This document shows, in pieces, positions 23,983-38,800 of a stretch of DNA of 64,000 nt. Numbering within the stretch: position 1 is the first letter of the stretch; the number at the start of each line of letters is the position of its first letter. Made by a program: the position numbers and the translations under genes. Where the stretch lies: contig BFEA01000009.1 in the NCBI GenBank assembly GCA_003427395.1, positions 5,442,467-5,506,466 on the forward strand. Direction: 5' to 3'. The notes beneath the pieces were generated by a model that was not told the origin of the DNA, did not search any database, and saw only the letters and a program-made list of their open reading frames with translations. The DNA comes from Chara braunii. Taxonomy: Eukaryota; Plantae; Charophyceae.

Positions 23983-26400
23983 ATGGGAGACGCTAATGGG
24001 AGAGGAGGACAAGGGTCCATAACCGCAGTTGAAATCGTGCAGTTACTAGATAATAGGAATGTCGAGAAGTCTCAGCTGCCCAGGATAGAAAGTTTCCCCT
24101 TCAAAGGAGAACGGGTGTCGCACCGGCTTGAGTTGTTGGAGCAAGTATTCAATCGACCAATACCGACGGAAAATTTCATCCAACTGTTTGAATACGTGTG
24201 GTGGGAATTTTCCCCGGAGATTGAAAAGATTGTGGTTGATGCCCAAGGAGAATGAAACAGTTTCAAGAAGGAGATGTAGAGAAAGTACAAGCTGGGAGAT
24301 GGGTCACCTACGATCGACTAGCTTCACAACATCAACATGAATGATTTCACTACAATAGGAGTTCTTGCAACAACCTTCGAGTAAATGGCGGAACGAGTTC
24401 CAGGACTTTCTGAGGAGATGCAGTGTGTTATCTTTCTGGGAAAATTTTCGGACTATGAGATCATGGAATTGACCTAGGGAGGTGCACCAGGACGAAAAAC
24501 GTTATGGGAGACAATAAAAAGAAACTTGGCATCTGGGGACTTGGACCAGGTGTTCCATCACCAAGTAAAGATGGAAAGGAAGAGAAGAAAGGAGATAGGT
24601 GTCATACAATGGGCAGACTCTGCCCTAGGAGGAGTACTGAGCAGTATGGTAACACAACTGAAAGAGTTGAAGGATAAGGTGGAATCAAGAAAAGTGATGG
24701 TTGTAGGACAAGCAACGAACAAAAAAAGATATGAAGGGAAAAATGAAGAGGACAAAGAAGGAAAGAAACCTGAGCAGATGGTACAGTCCAAGAAAGTCCA
24801 AAAGCAGAACCAAAATCAGGCATCAAGGAAGCAAGGAGCAGGAAAAGGGCAAAACTCGCAGCAAGTTGTGACACCAAATGTCCCAGGAGCACTCACCCCA
24901 ACATCTCAATTTAAGCCTTGGCCGGTGGTAGCTCCTATGGAGGCTTGGCCTAGCTACTACCCCGGGAATCAATGGTCGGGTTTCGGTCAAATTGGGATGT
25001 ATCAAAATTTGCCCCAAGTTCAGGAAGCTGGGGCAGGACCATCAGAAGGTCGAGGAGCAGATGGGGGTCCGTTGCAGCACGCTCTGCCGCCACAAGGTAA
25101 TCAAGGTCAAAATCGGTTTCAGGAGCAGGGGCATGGGCAGAGACATGGTAAGGGTAGAAATGGAGGACGAGGAAATGGTCAAGGAGGAAGAGGATTCGGA
25201 GGAAGAGGAAATGGCTGACAAGGAGGGAGTTAGGGAAATCAAGGAGGTGCTCAGTCCGAGAACTACAATCAGGTGATTTTTAATCAGATCAGACAAGGAT
25301 ACAACCAAGGTTATGGTCAAGGGTATGGTCAGGGTTATAACCAGAACTATGGTAGAGTATTTGAAAGAAATGATGAACAATGGAGCAGTCAAGGGGCCGG
25401 GAGAGGGTGGATAGATTACAACGAGTGCATATGTATGCATTGTACGATAAAAGGGCATACTGTGAAGATATGTCATGTTAAAAAGATGGACGAACAAGAC
25501 GGATTGATCACGTCAAGCATCAATGGGGATGCGTTCGATAAACGAGGGAACCGGATTGACCCGAACATCCACGAGGGCACAAGGAACGAAGCAATCAGGA
25601 TTGTGGGGCTCGGACCCAGCACCCCAACTATGTTTCGTATATGGCAAGAGAAAGAAGACCTATTTGTTTGGTTAGAGGAAATTGATAAGCCGAGTGACCA
25701 ACTAAGGAAGGGAGGAAAGATGAGTGAGGAAGAAAAAGATACCCCACTAATTGAGATTGAGCAGAAGAAGACGATGTAAGTAAATAGTCAGCGAAAGAAA
25801 GCTTAGGAAGGATGAAGGACATGATAGATAAGATGAGTAGATTAAATACAAGAATGACTAGTATTTGCGAGGAAGTAAAGGATCTAGAAATGAGAATGCC
25901 GCATGTATTCACCATGAGTCAGGGGAAGGAGGACGATGAGCTGAGAGCCCCTAACCCCAGAGCGCTGAGAGCCACTCTGGCTGCCGGGTGAGAAGCAGCC
26001 TACAAAGCTCTTAGAAACTTTGTCCCTCATACTGCACGAAAACCTAAGGGAAGTAATGCGCCCAAGGAACCAACCCAGACTCTTGTGTTGCCTCAAGGGG
26101 GAGCTTCCATTGATATAGAAGAAGAGGAGGAGGATAAAGATGAATTGCTGAGGGAAGAAGAGGATAAATGCACTGAACAGAGGGCTAAGAAATGAAAACA
26201 TGATTTAAGGAAGGAAAGCAAAAGACTGGGCAAAAGTCAAAGAAGGAGCCATTGAAGAAGGGCTAAACCTGGAAAATTTGGTAAACAAGCTTCTTGATGG
26301 ACATAATGAGTTGTTGAATTTGAAGGAGATTTTGACAACCGCACCGAAGCTCAAAGAGTTAGTAAAAGCAAAGTTGGCACGGAAGAGAGTAGCGACAGTA
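23983..26400 (+). pseudogene. gag of B with G/Q/R-rich region and CCHC knuckle
   Basis: MGDANG... N-terminus homologous to A; RGG/GQG repeats; CMHCTIKGHTVKIC at 25432-25473. The gag/pol boundary is approximate. Confidence 0.88.
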
Positions 26401-29400
26401 AGATTGGGTGATCTAATTCCCAACGAGGTGAACTGGACAATAACTGGAAGCAAGATGGACATAAAATTTTGTAGGAACAGGGTCCATTGATGTCAATATC
26501 AGAGGGAAAGGATGCCCTGGGATGGTGGATACTGGAGCAAAAATGAACATTATGAATTCAGAAACAACTGAGAGACTAGGATTGAAAATCGATAGGAGAG
26601 ATTATAAATACCTCGATGGGGCTAGCGGAAAATCAGGGTACATAGGTATTGCATCTAATGTAATCGTGAAAGTAGGAAGTGTTAGACTTCGCTCTTGTGT
26701 CTACATCATGTTTAGTCTGAATCTTCCCATATTATTAGGATGATCCTTTTTATCACGATCAGAGACCCTCATCATGAATAAGCATGACGAGACCATATTC
26801 GTGATTCTATATGATCTTTGCAAGTGGGAACTTCGAGGTCATTACCTTTAAAAATACAGGTCCCCATAGCTTGAAGAACCGCCTCAATGCTGGGTCATAT
26901 ACCTTTGAGGAGTCTGAGGATAGGAGGAAAGAACTAGAATGGGGATCTGATGAGGAAGATGAGGAAAAGGAAGGTGAAGGGTTAACATTGAGTTTGGCCA
27001 ACATTGACCAAGCAATGTACATGGTATCCGCTTATGCGATGGCGGAGCCTGAGGCAATTCGGGCCTTGGTTGACAAGCTGTATGATTACCTTGAAGGGGG
27101 GAGGATGAATTTGGTATACAGACCCCCCCTTCACGAGGAGAAAATGCAGGGACCATATGATGTTTTTAGGGGTGGGCTCAAGCAAGGGGGAAAAAGGAGG
27201 TACAAGACAGTAAACAAAAAGAGTCACCCACTTCCGGTCTTAGTAACACATGAAGGAGTGTACTATGAGCAAGAGAGAAATTTGATAACGCAAATGAGAG
27301 AGAAATAGGGAACAGAGCCCTGCCGTATTAGCGAAGAGACCGAGAAAGACTTGATCATTGGCGAGCCTGATTTTTTGATCAAGCAGGAGAGGGCATTAGT
27401 GATCGACCTAATGAAAGAAAAACATTGTGCATATGCTTTTAACGATGAGCAGAGAGGGAGGTTGGATGTTGATAAGGTAGGGATGATCCGAATGCACACG
27501 GTTCCGCACCAACCTTGGAAAATTAAAGGGGTCAGGTACCCAAATCCCAATGATCAGAGAAGGGTTGTGGAATACCTTGATGGAAAGATTGACTCTCACG
27601 TGGCATGTTTTTCTAGCGGGCCTTATGCCTCACCATGGTTCTGCTTCATTAAGCCGAATGAGATACTCAGGTGGGTGCCAGATTTACAAAGGTTGAATGC
27701 TGTGACGGTTAGGGATGCTTGAGGGCTCCCCAAAGCTGATAAACTCTCTGAAGCATGTGCAGAAAGATATATTATCTCACCCATAGACCTGTACTCTGGA
27801 TACAACCAGTTTCTAGTTTATCCGGCCGATAGAACGATAACTGCAATATACACTCCAAGGGGACTTATCCTCATGAACATGGCACCCCAAGGATGGACGA
27901 ATGCGGTAGCCATGGTACAACGAAGTATGGTTAGGGTTATGCAACCGATTAGTCCGCAGATTACGGAACCTTATATCGACGATCTTGCAGTAAAAGGCCC
28001 AATAGTGAAAAATGAGCAAGAGGTTGCACCTGGCATAAGGAAGTTTGTCTGGGATCATGTCAATGATCTCAGAAAAGTGTTTGATCTGTTACAAGAGTAT
28101 AACCTCACGGCGAGCGGACCAAGTCCAGGCACTACATGAGAGAGACCACCATTTTGGAGTTTGTATGCAATGAGCAAGGTCGTCATCCAGACACCAGGAA
28201 GATGAATAAAATCCTTGAGTGACCTACGTCGTTCAGAAACATTAGCGAAGCGAGATGTTTCCTTGGAACATGTGGATTCTGGAGGATATTCATTGAGAGG
28301 TTTGCTGCTAAGACTGAGCACGTAAGGAAGTTGGTAAGAAAGAATCAGGAGTGGGAACGGGGAGAGAAGCAGGAACAAGTGGTGAAAAATTTAAAGAAAG
28401 AATTTGAGGAAGAAGGTCTCGTGCTGGGGATCCTAGACTATGAAGCCGTTATAGAGCGACCGTTTATCACAAAAACTGATGCCGGACCCACTGTCTTGGG
28501 AGGAGTTCTGATACAGGCAGATCTTGAAAGGAAAGAAAGGCCTTTGCGTTTTGAGAGCCGAACGCTCAATACTAACGAGCAGAACTATTCGCAATTCAAA
28601 AAGGAGGCTCTGACCGTACAACACTGCCTACGTATCTTTAGACACTACCCCAACAGAAGAAAAATTGTCATGAGGATAGATCCGACCGCTCTTATGTATT
28701 CCCTCAAGAATGTTTCACCCACGGATCCTACAATCGCCAGATAACTCACATACATCTGGATATTCGATTTTCAGATGGAACATATCCCAGGAAACAAGAA
28801 CAAGGCTGATGGGTTAAACAATATAGAATGAGAAAAACCTGTAAATGCCAAGGAGGAAACGCCACCAGTAGATACATTCTTGGACGAAGACAATATGCAA
28901 CTTCATGTAAACTCATGAAAACTTAGTATCAACGACAAGGAAGCGAGAAGAGGAAAGCGCATGTGGTTTGCACCATCAACTTTTGTGAAAATCGAAGGGT
29001 TGGTGTTGAAACCTTTCGTCGAAGAAGACCCATAGGGAGAAAGGAATGGAGAGTGGATGGCGGAACTGAATTTGGTAGAAAGCTACAGATTGACAGACGA
29101 TCCGGTAAGAATTGAGGCAGGAATAAGACAAGTGGATCAGCACCTACTGACGATGGGAAGAGTACATTGTCTTGTCAACTCGCTCCTACAAGTATGAAGA
29201 AGAGATAGTAAAGGCAGACGAGATAGTGTTGGGAGATGAACCTGAGTTTGATGAGGAGATGGAAGGAGAGAAGTTTGAGCAGGGTGAAATATCGAAAGAT
29301 TTCCGGGAAAACAAATATGACGGATTTCATTTAGAAATGAGACTTCTTCTCTCCAGCGATAAGCGAGAAAGGGATGTTAGTGAAAAGACGCTTCGCATGA

Positions 29401-30550
29401 GATATCACTATATAGTAAGGGGAGACTATCTCTTCATCAGGGATAAAAGGGGACGTCTTAGGAGGGTCATTTGTGGCAGAAATTGGCAAATTGACATTAT
29501 AGCAGCCCTCCATGATGGACTCGTAGGTGGTCACAAAAGTTTTGCCACTACCATCAAAAATGTGATCGAATTATACTTTTGGGAAGGTATATACGGGATA
29601 ATTCGAAAATACTGCGAGTCGTGCATCCATTGCCAAGTCAGATCTCCGATCAGATACAAAGAACATCTACATCCAAGGTATATCAAAGATGTGGGGGCAG
29701 TGATCCACTTGGATCTTCTGGCAATGCCATTGGGGATTGGAGGGTATAATTATATCTTTGCTGCAAGAGATAACCTTACGGGTTTTGTTGATGAAAAAGT
29801 CATCCGAACCAAGACTGGAGCAGTCTTGGCTGATTGCATCAAAGAATATTACCTTCGATACCCCTTCGTGATAGAGTTTACGATGGATAGAGGGTCAGAG
29901 TTCACATGTGGAGAAGTGAAGGAATTGTTGGATGACCTTGGAGTAATCGTGAAATATACAACCAGGGCACATCCTGAGGCCAACGCACTAGTGGAGAGAG
30001 GTCACAGTACCATCACGAATTTATTGGCCAAATGGACAACTGGAAAACCGAATCTCTGGCCAAAGTTCCTGCGAACCATTTTTTTTGTTGAGAACGTCAC
30101 AGTAAGAAGGACTACAGGTTATGCCCCCGCGACGTTGTGGTATGGAAGACATGCTACTTTTACGATAGAAAGTTTCCTGAAAACATGGCGGAGACAGAAT
30201 CTTAATATAACCTGTCACTCGAAGAACTGCTTGACATCAGAGCAAGGCAAGTCAGTGTTACAGAAGAAAGGATTCAAGAGGCAGTCGAGAAGGTGGCTTA
30301 CAGTCGTGGGAAGGACAAAGAGAAATGAGACCGGCTTCCTCGCGTGAGAAGTGAACCATTGGCGATTGGGGACAAAGTGCTATTATACGATTCATCCCTG
30401 GAGAAACAATGGTCAAGGAAATTGGTCAAAAGATGGTTGGGACCCTACAGAGTCAGACGTCAGGAAAATCATGGAGTCTGCAAGCTAGAAGAAATGGACA
30501 GAACACCAAGACGAGATTGGGTTTCTGGGTCCAGGCTGAAGAAATTTTGA
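26401..30550 (+). pseudogene. pol of B (PR-RT-RH-IN), many stops and frameshifts
   Basis: VDTGA; PQGWTN...YIDDL; KTDAG...RFESRTL; LHDGLVGGH...CESCIHC; HLDL...MDRGSEF...VERGH; RWLGPYRV. Confidence 0.93.
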
Positions 30551-30731
30551 ATGAGACAGTGGGTGAGTTAAAACTTGAAACTAAGATAAAACAACTTGAT
30601 CCCCTTAAAACACCTTGTGCTAGCATCATGGCGAATCTGACATTGTTACCCAGTTGCTAACACCGTTTTGCGCCTGCCAACCTCTTTTTCTTTTTCTGTG
30701 TGCAGGCACAATCCTGAAAAAAAAAGCGGCA

Positions 30732-32804
30732 ATGACACAGAAGGGAGGCATGACAGAAACTTCATGCCAGTTTCTGCCAAAGGTTGCAGCAGGTGATAAT
30801 GGATTCCGATGGGATGCCTGTGTACAAAAAGGGGGAGAATTTGAGGATATTCCTGAGAGAGTTTGATGAGTATGCATTCAGGAGGGAATGGGATACTCAA
30901 CTCATGTTACTTAAAGTGACCGGGTTGGGAGAATGTCGAAAAAAAATGGATGAAATTGTCTCGGATTGTCTTGGGTGGATGACCTTCAAGGCCGAAATGT
31001 GGGCTAAATATGGGGATTTCACAAGGGATGAGATCGAAGATAACATTCTCTTCAATGGTACAAATTTGGAAGACTCTGAGGATAGTATCGACCTTTGTGC
31101 AGAGAAAAGGGGACGGGAAGAATGAAATAAGTTGGAACAGTGAGAAAGGTCAAGAAGGATCAGATACCTGGGGATGATACCTTGTTAAGTTGAGGAAGGT
31201 TCATCCCCTGGATGTACAGCGGCAGAAGAAGAGGCAACTGCTTCAGGAACAGGGACTTTGGATAGGCAAGAGAGGAGAAAGGATGAGCAGAAGAGTCCAA
31301 AGGAAGAATGAAGGAGGCGACACATCTCCCCAACAAGGGGATGATAAGGCAAAGATTCAAGATGGCAGTGGCTCAATGAAGGAGGCTAAAACGCACAGAA
31401 AGGGGAAGTGCGTAGAAAAAGAGATGAAAGGTAATGACACGTCTCGAAAGGAGAAGAAGGGAAGTGAGAAGGTGAAGGAAGGGAAAGGAAAGAAAAAGGA
31501 TGAGGAGAGAGTTGAAGAGGCATAACCATCAGAAAGTACTGAAGCAACTACCTCAGAAAAACCTCCTAAGGAACAGGGATCAAGGAGGTTGACTGAGGAA
31601 GAGAGGCAGAAAAGGGAAGAAAACAACAAAGAATGGAGAAACCAAGTCGTTGTCCTGTTAAGAGAGAAGGGGTTGCTTTTGGACGCGCCCTTGAGCCTGA
31701 AGCTGGAAAAGGTACTGCTCTCTAAGATTGTGGTCAATTCCAAATTGGCCTTTGATGTAAACAAATTAATCCGGCTGCATGAGATGCTCAGAGAGGATTG
31801 TGAATGAATCCTTGAAGGAGAAGCAGAAGTGGCCGATAAGTTGAAAAAGGTGGAAGAAGGAAGAAGGGAGGAAGGAAGAAAAAAGGGAATTGGAAATCCC
31901 CATTCAGGAGCTCCAAGACAGGATAAAGGAGAAGACGGAATTACTCACGCAGGGGGTGGAAAGCCATGTCCCTGAAATTATGAAAGAAATTCAGAGATTA
32001 AGAGCGAGGGAAGACAAAAGGGGCATGCAGTGGATAAGGATGGAAAGGGAAGTGGAAAGTTTGAAGGATGAGGTAAGGAAGACAGGAGTTGAGCAAGGGA
32101 AGTTGAAATTGAAGGTTGAGACACTAAGTACTGCTCGTAAAACAAGAGCAAGGAGGTGGAGACAAAGAAAATGGAGAGGGGGAGGTTGAAAAAAAAGGTT
32201 GGTAAGCTGGAGGTAAAAATCAGCGAGCAGGGTAAGACAATTGAGTCTGAAAAGAATGAGTGGCAACAAGAAAGTAAGAAATGGGAAAAGAGATGGAAAG
32301 AGGTGGAAGAAGCGCTGGAGAAATCCAAAATGGATATTCAGGCAAAAGTCGAAACAGGAGACATTAAGGGGGTTGAGGACGAAGAGAAAAATCCGAGACA
32401 GGAAAGAGAAATGGTAAAACTTGATGATAAACAAGACAAGGAGGTAGTGGTTGAAATTTTCACCCCGCCCGGTGAAAATGCTGAAAGATCCCCGCTAGCT
32501 GATAACGGGACGAAACATTATAGAAAAATATCTTCTTGAACTGTTAATCGGGACGACATCTCAGGATCTGCCATTATCTGCAAAGAGGACAAAGGAGGAG
32601 GAAAGAAAATTATGTTGGTATTGTATGAAGGGGGTTCACATAGGAGATGAGTGTTCTGGATTTAAAATAGATTGGGCCAAGGGATTGGTTGACCTCGATG
32701 AAAACCACAGACTCATCGATAAAAGGGGAAACATGATTAAGAGAACCAAGGAGGGGTTCAGGGTCCAATTGTGTGAGCAATTGGGACTCACCTTAGAAGA
32801 TTAA
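30732..32804 (+). pseudogene. Extra Gag-like ORF downstream of pol in B
   Basis: PVYKKGENLRIFLREFDEYAFRREWD, LFNGTNLED, coiled-coil fragments, CWYCMKGVHIGDEC at 32613-32654 and TAA at 32802-32804. Confidence 0.8.
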
Positions 32805-35800
32805 AGTGAAACAATTTTTGAAAACTCTCTCAAGCATCTGAGACATCATTCTTATGTTTTTCTTCTCTCTGGAAAAGACATTGTATATTAGTGATTGAGG
32901 GTAGAATAAAAGAGTGTGGTGAGTGTGTTATTTACTCTTCTTAGAAATAATTACTGATAGGGTGTTTTTGGTCAGTCACAGAGTGTGTGCTCCATTTATC
33001 CACGCTCGTTAGTTTTCAAGAATTTTATTTTGTTCCTTATATTTTTCTGGCTCAACATTTGTACTCTAGTGATAGAGGATAGATGAGACATATGACTCAT
33101 TTTTGTCATGCGATTCCATGTTTTATTAAGGGTTACTTTGGTCTTATATTTTGTATTCAGTTAAGTTTCTTTGTTCTTAACTTATTTATGAGGTTTACCA
33201 ATGGTGAACATAAGCATTTTCACTTTCACAATTGAGATAGTCCGGTGTTTGGTTTTGATTGAGGAGATGTGGATCTTGGATATGCGTACAGTCTGTGCTA
33301 TCAAGTCTTGAATCAGGATGCTAAGAAAAACGCCTAAGAATTCAAGAACGATAGGATGAAATTGTGACCTGTACAGTCTGAAAAGTGCTTTGCATTTATG
33401 GTTAGTCTTTTCCATGTTTTATCTTATATGGTTATTTATGAAAGGGACATGAAAAAATCAAAAACTTTGATGCGTTTGAGAAACCCTGCGAATCAGGAAA
33501 ATTTATGCTATGTTTGAAATCTATGTTTTTTCTGCCTTCTGACAAGACAAGGAGTCAAACGATTTTTATACCTTTTTATGGATATTTTGGTTGGCTTTTC
33601 TATTGGAAAAAGATCCCCGAGACATGTGTCTGTCCAGCCTGTGATCGAGGTCTAGGAGGCACGACCCCTAAGTGGCTCTAGCGATGCCCATCGATTTGTA
33701 AAAAATATGACAATCATGTTAAATCATTCTTATTGATGAAATTGTTTTTCTTTCGTATATATATATTCAATGGGGTTGTTTACCCATTAAAAGATAAACT
33801 GACAAGGGGAGAGAATTTTTTTTTGGTCAAACTGATTTTCATATGTATATTTTTTTAAAATGATCATCCCTCATCCACTTTAGGAGGTCAGTCTGAGGGA
33901 CTTGAAATTACCAAGCCTATGGTGAAAAATTGACATCGTTGGGACGTAACTCCCAGCGTGGGCTGCTGACCAAGTATAACAAGGCAGCGGGCCTTCCAAG
34001 TACGGCCTGGAACTAAAACTTGAGGGGGGGGACTCCCTAATGATAGTATCGGTTCAGGTAGATATCAGAGGGATCAAGAGTCAGGTCTTAGATATTTTGA
34101 TAGGAAAATTTTCTCATGTATTGCGTAACCAATACGGGTACCACCATTAAGAATAACAGAATGGTGGGCCGTAGATTCGGCCTGATCAACCGACTATGGT
34201 GGGTTAAGATCAAAGTCGCCTGTCCCCTCGCATTAGATTTCGGGTGAGACGGTGAAACTTGACTTAGGTTAAAGACCCGCGTCCAAAGAGTAGGGTTCAA
34301 TTATGATTCCTAACTCCTCGGACACCCAACGAGATCCTGACTAATAAAGTCTAAAGTTGGGGGGGGGGGGGACTGTCATTATCTTCCTTGGTGACCTCTG
34401 TAACTGTAGTACAGATCCAGTATCCCCACTTTGAGTCATATGGAATAATCTTTCTTCGGTATTACAATTTTTCGGATATGTGGGAGACCCATGTTAAAAT
34501 CCTGGTAGTATGGATGCACGAAGGGAGACAGTGACGGTCGTCAAACCGTAACTTCATTCAGGAAATCGGATTTTGACAACTTGTCGCGGCAGAAGGTCTT
34601 TGTTTGCATTTAGATTTCCCAACGACGGGGACGTCACTTGGGGTCCGGGAAGACTGTCGAAGCAAACACCCTTACAAGGGTATTTGCTCATGATTTTGCA
34701 TTTGACATAGTACCAACGCCGGTTATCATACCAGGGATGACCATGAGTGAAGAGTAAGAACTTTCGGCAGGACACCGTGAAGCAACAGCCAATAGAAAAC
34801 GGACCACCACCACACCAAGGGGCGACAACCGGTGTCGGACCTCTAAAAATGTCAACTGTTGTCTTCTTTTACGGGGCCTCGAGTGTCGGGCACATCTACC
34901 TCTACTTGGTGTGGTATCAGCCTACCTACTACTTGAGCGTTTCCGCAATTCTTAATTGTCGTGGGTTTCATTTCCCCGCGACTAGAGTGTTTTCCCCGCT
35001 GCAGCCCTCAATGTCGTAGTCACAGAGTAAGTACCGGCCCTTTGGGCCTTCCGATCAACCAGGTGTCTTTGCAGGTCACACACACACTTAAGGCGACAAA
35101 GCACTCAGACAAGCGTGCACACCGGCAGGAGTGCACTCGCGTAGACTCAGAAACAAGCTCGGGCCACTGGCCGAACCAAGCCCCCACTCTACATATATCT
35201 GGGCTGCTCTATTTCTATCAGAAGTATTAGCTATCTCAATAGGTTTGGGTATTGACCGTCAAACAACAGATTCGGGGATCAAGTCTGCCCGTCCCCTGAA
35301 CTAATTCCTTTTTACAAGGAGCTCGTCAACGTTTTCACCCGGGCTCATTCGGCTGGGACTTGAACTCGCGACCTTCGTATTAGGAATTAGTTACAGTCAG
35401 TAGGTTAGTTGAGATATGAGCCCCTGCTATAACGGGGGTTCGCCACTTGGCAAGCTAGGGTAGTAAGATGTTAGATTCTGTTACAGTTTTTTTTTTTTTT
35501 TTTTTGGAATTCCAGTTTTTTCTCTTTCATTTCTCGTAAAGTTTTTTTCGTTTCTTTTTCTTCATTTATTTATTTATTTATTTATTATTTTCTCTTGTAC
35601 GATTCTACTTGAACTCACCTCAATGAATTTGCCTCTATTCTCGGACAAATTCGTTCCCGAGAAAAATGTTCGATACCCCACCACGGTGACAATACTTCGG
35701 GCGAGCCTAGTCAAGATCGTACCTAGCTCCGTGGCAGCGCAGAGTTCGTGAGTTGGAGCGTGGCGTGCGCAAGAACCGTGCGTGCGAAGACAACCGTAAG

Positions 35801-38800
35801 CAGGGGCAAACACAGGAATGAGGAGGGGGGCAACCTCGAGGGCGGATGATGTATTGCGCAAATGTTGAGTGAGAGGATGCACGGTGAGAGGAAGAGGGCA
35901 CAAGAGAGGTGGCGCTCGCAATCGAAAAGGAAGAGGGCACGGACACTAGAGAGAGGAATACAGGCAAATGAGCGAGCATCCGTGTAAGTAACGACAAAGC
36001 ACCAACCTACTGGCAAACATGCATGATCGCTCGCACAGCAAGTACGGATGAGAAAGCGAGAGGGAGGCGAGCAAGGGCTACCAAGCATGCGAACGCGGAC
36101 TCGGGCTCAAGCCTGAAGTGCAAGCGCAAACAAAGGTCAGCGCTCGATCGAGAGTAGATAGAAAGGCACAAACGAGGGGAGGAAAGCAGGAAAAGAAGTG
36201 AGAAAGATCACGCGATCGTGACGATGAATGTGTAGGAAAAAGATCGATAGGGGAAGAAGGAGGAGGCGAGGTTCAAAAGAGGAAGAAAGGAAATCTTACC
36301 TGCTCAAGCGACCTCCTTCCAATCGATGATGGCGATGTTCCAGGCATGAGATTTGTTCTCGAAACTACTCGAAGATTATTTTCAATATGGTCGTAATCAC
36401 CTTGTTTTGAAGAAAGTCTAAGGTAAGTTCCCTTGTATTATCTTTATTCTTTTATCTCGTTTCTTTTCTTATTATTCTTATAATTTTTCCCGTATACTTA
36501 GAATGAGACCAAAAATATAGACTACACACGTGACACGTATGAACGCGAGAGCGAAAGCTCAATCACTACCTTGAAATCAGGCACAAACGGCGATATAAAA
36601 GGAAGTTGGATCACGTGTGAGAGTATGAACAAACATGACAAAACCAGCGCAATCACAATCAAGCCGGGCACTGCTGTGTAGAGGAAAAAATGGGAGTGAA
36701 AGTGATGAGAATAGTAGGAAAAGGGAAGTAAAAACAAGGTGAGAATGTGAAGGGAGAGAGACAATCATGGAAGATGAGAGGACTGAAGAATGGAAGAACA
36801 CAGAGGGAAGAAAAGGAAAAATGAAGAATGATGGAAACAAAAAGAGAGAAAATAGGCAATCGGGCATGGAGGTTCTAGGAAAGGCGGCATGGAATAGTAC
36901 CGCAGGTGGCCTCGACGCTATTTAGGCCGCTTAGTATCTGCGGAGGTAGACTTGGAAAATGTATGATACTCCCGCGGCCTTCCCCGTAAGTTGGTCATGG
37001 CCATCCGCCTGACTTGCTCGAGAGTACACGTGGCGTTGTCATGTACCTCATGGCCTGATCTTGGTATCGTACTCAAGAATAACGGATTGTGTTGTGCTGC
37101 AATTTCACTACGTCTTGGCTGGAGATTACGAAGGCTCTCGTCCTCCGTCTCATGGGTTCACCTGGGTCGAGTTATGTTGGTACGGCCAGCGACAATAGGC
37201 CCGTGTCGATCTAGAGGGGGAGGAGGATGTTCCGTTTGCCTCCAGATACACCGGTGGCGGCTTTCAGTCGGTCTGAGCGTGTTTGATGCATGGTGTAGTC
37301 GTTTTTGTCTCCGGCCTTGTGCTTGTGGCAGAGATAAGGCAGTGCAGGTCTCGTTTTTCATGAGTCATTGAAACTTTGATGAAACAGTTTGTCACAATCC
37401 TTGTTTGTTGTCCTCTTTTCCTTCTTTGCCTACGTTTTAACATATTGCCCTCTCTAATGTTATATATATATATATATATGTATATAATATATCTGCATCT
37501 ATAGTGTTTCCTACCGTATTCTGTTTCATTTTACTGAATTTCAGGGATGAGAGAAGGAAGGAAGAAGATGGGAGTCAGGAAGGAAGAGGAGATTAAGGAG
37601 AAATCACAAACATAAAACAACTTTCCTCCGAACTCAATGCACCCTCGTTTCAACTGAACTCGATCAATGTTGTAGTCAGGGTGCTTTTATAAAAGGCAAC
37701 GTGAGTGAAAGCGAAAAAGGAAGCGACTTACCTGGCAGGGGTGCCTGCGTCATTCCACAATCAAAGAAAGATAGAGAGAGATCACCTCGACGAGAAGGTG
37801 AGCTAGGTAGGTGACGTAGAGGAGTAACGTCGTTCCCCAAATACAATGCATCCTTATTTTGCCTGTATCTATAGCTTGTGTGCATTCAACTAGGCACGAT
37901 TGAAAGGAACGAACGGGGCAGTGAGTACGGGAACTGAGCATGGCTAACATTTGGGATCAAGCGTGCAAACGTAAGAACAAGAATGTCGTGGAGTTAGAAA
38001 TTCGACGCGCGTAAAGTAAAGAGATTGTCGGCACTATTGTGAGCAAGATGACGTATGGGATTCGGAAGGCGTGATAACTACAGACAAGGGACATCATGAG
38101 CAGGAATCGGGTGACGAGCGGGACAGGGAGACAGATGAGGATGAGTAAAGATGTAGAAGGAGGGAAGATGAAAGGAGATGGGATTGAAAAGATAAAGGAG
38201 GAAATGAACACTGGAGGGGGAATGATCGTTTTCCCTGAACACAACATTCCATTATCAAGATTGTACCCCATTGGAAATATAGCTTGTATACGTTAATGAT
38301 CAATTATTATTATTATTGTTGTTATTATTATTATTAATTACTATTATTATTATTTTTATTTATTATTTATTATTTCGTTATCCTTATGCCACCAGATTCA
38401 GCTCACCTTGTTGTAGCATACATGTGAACAGATACCATTGATTCAACGACTTGCGAATAACAGGATCAACTACGTTACTTGCAATGACGCTGAACGCCCA
38501 CACATAAACTCAGATATACGAACTTGGCCAGGAACTCAGTTTGAAGCCAGCTTGATACGTCGGTGGATATGACACCCGACGCCAGTCTGAAATTCCCACC
38601 CGATCTACTGTATTCACTAGCAAGACTTCGTTGTTACACACACACACACGAAGAAGAAGAAGGAGAGAGGAAGAGAGAAAGACACAAAGGTAGATAGAAG
38701 GAGAGAGGGAAAAACGAGAACCGACAAAACGACAGATAAACAAAACCAGACATACGAACATACAAACTCTCACTTACACATACACAGCACGACAAACACG

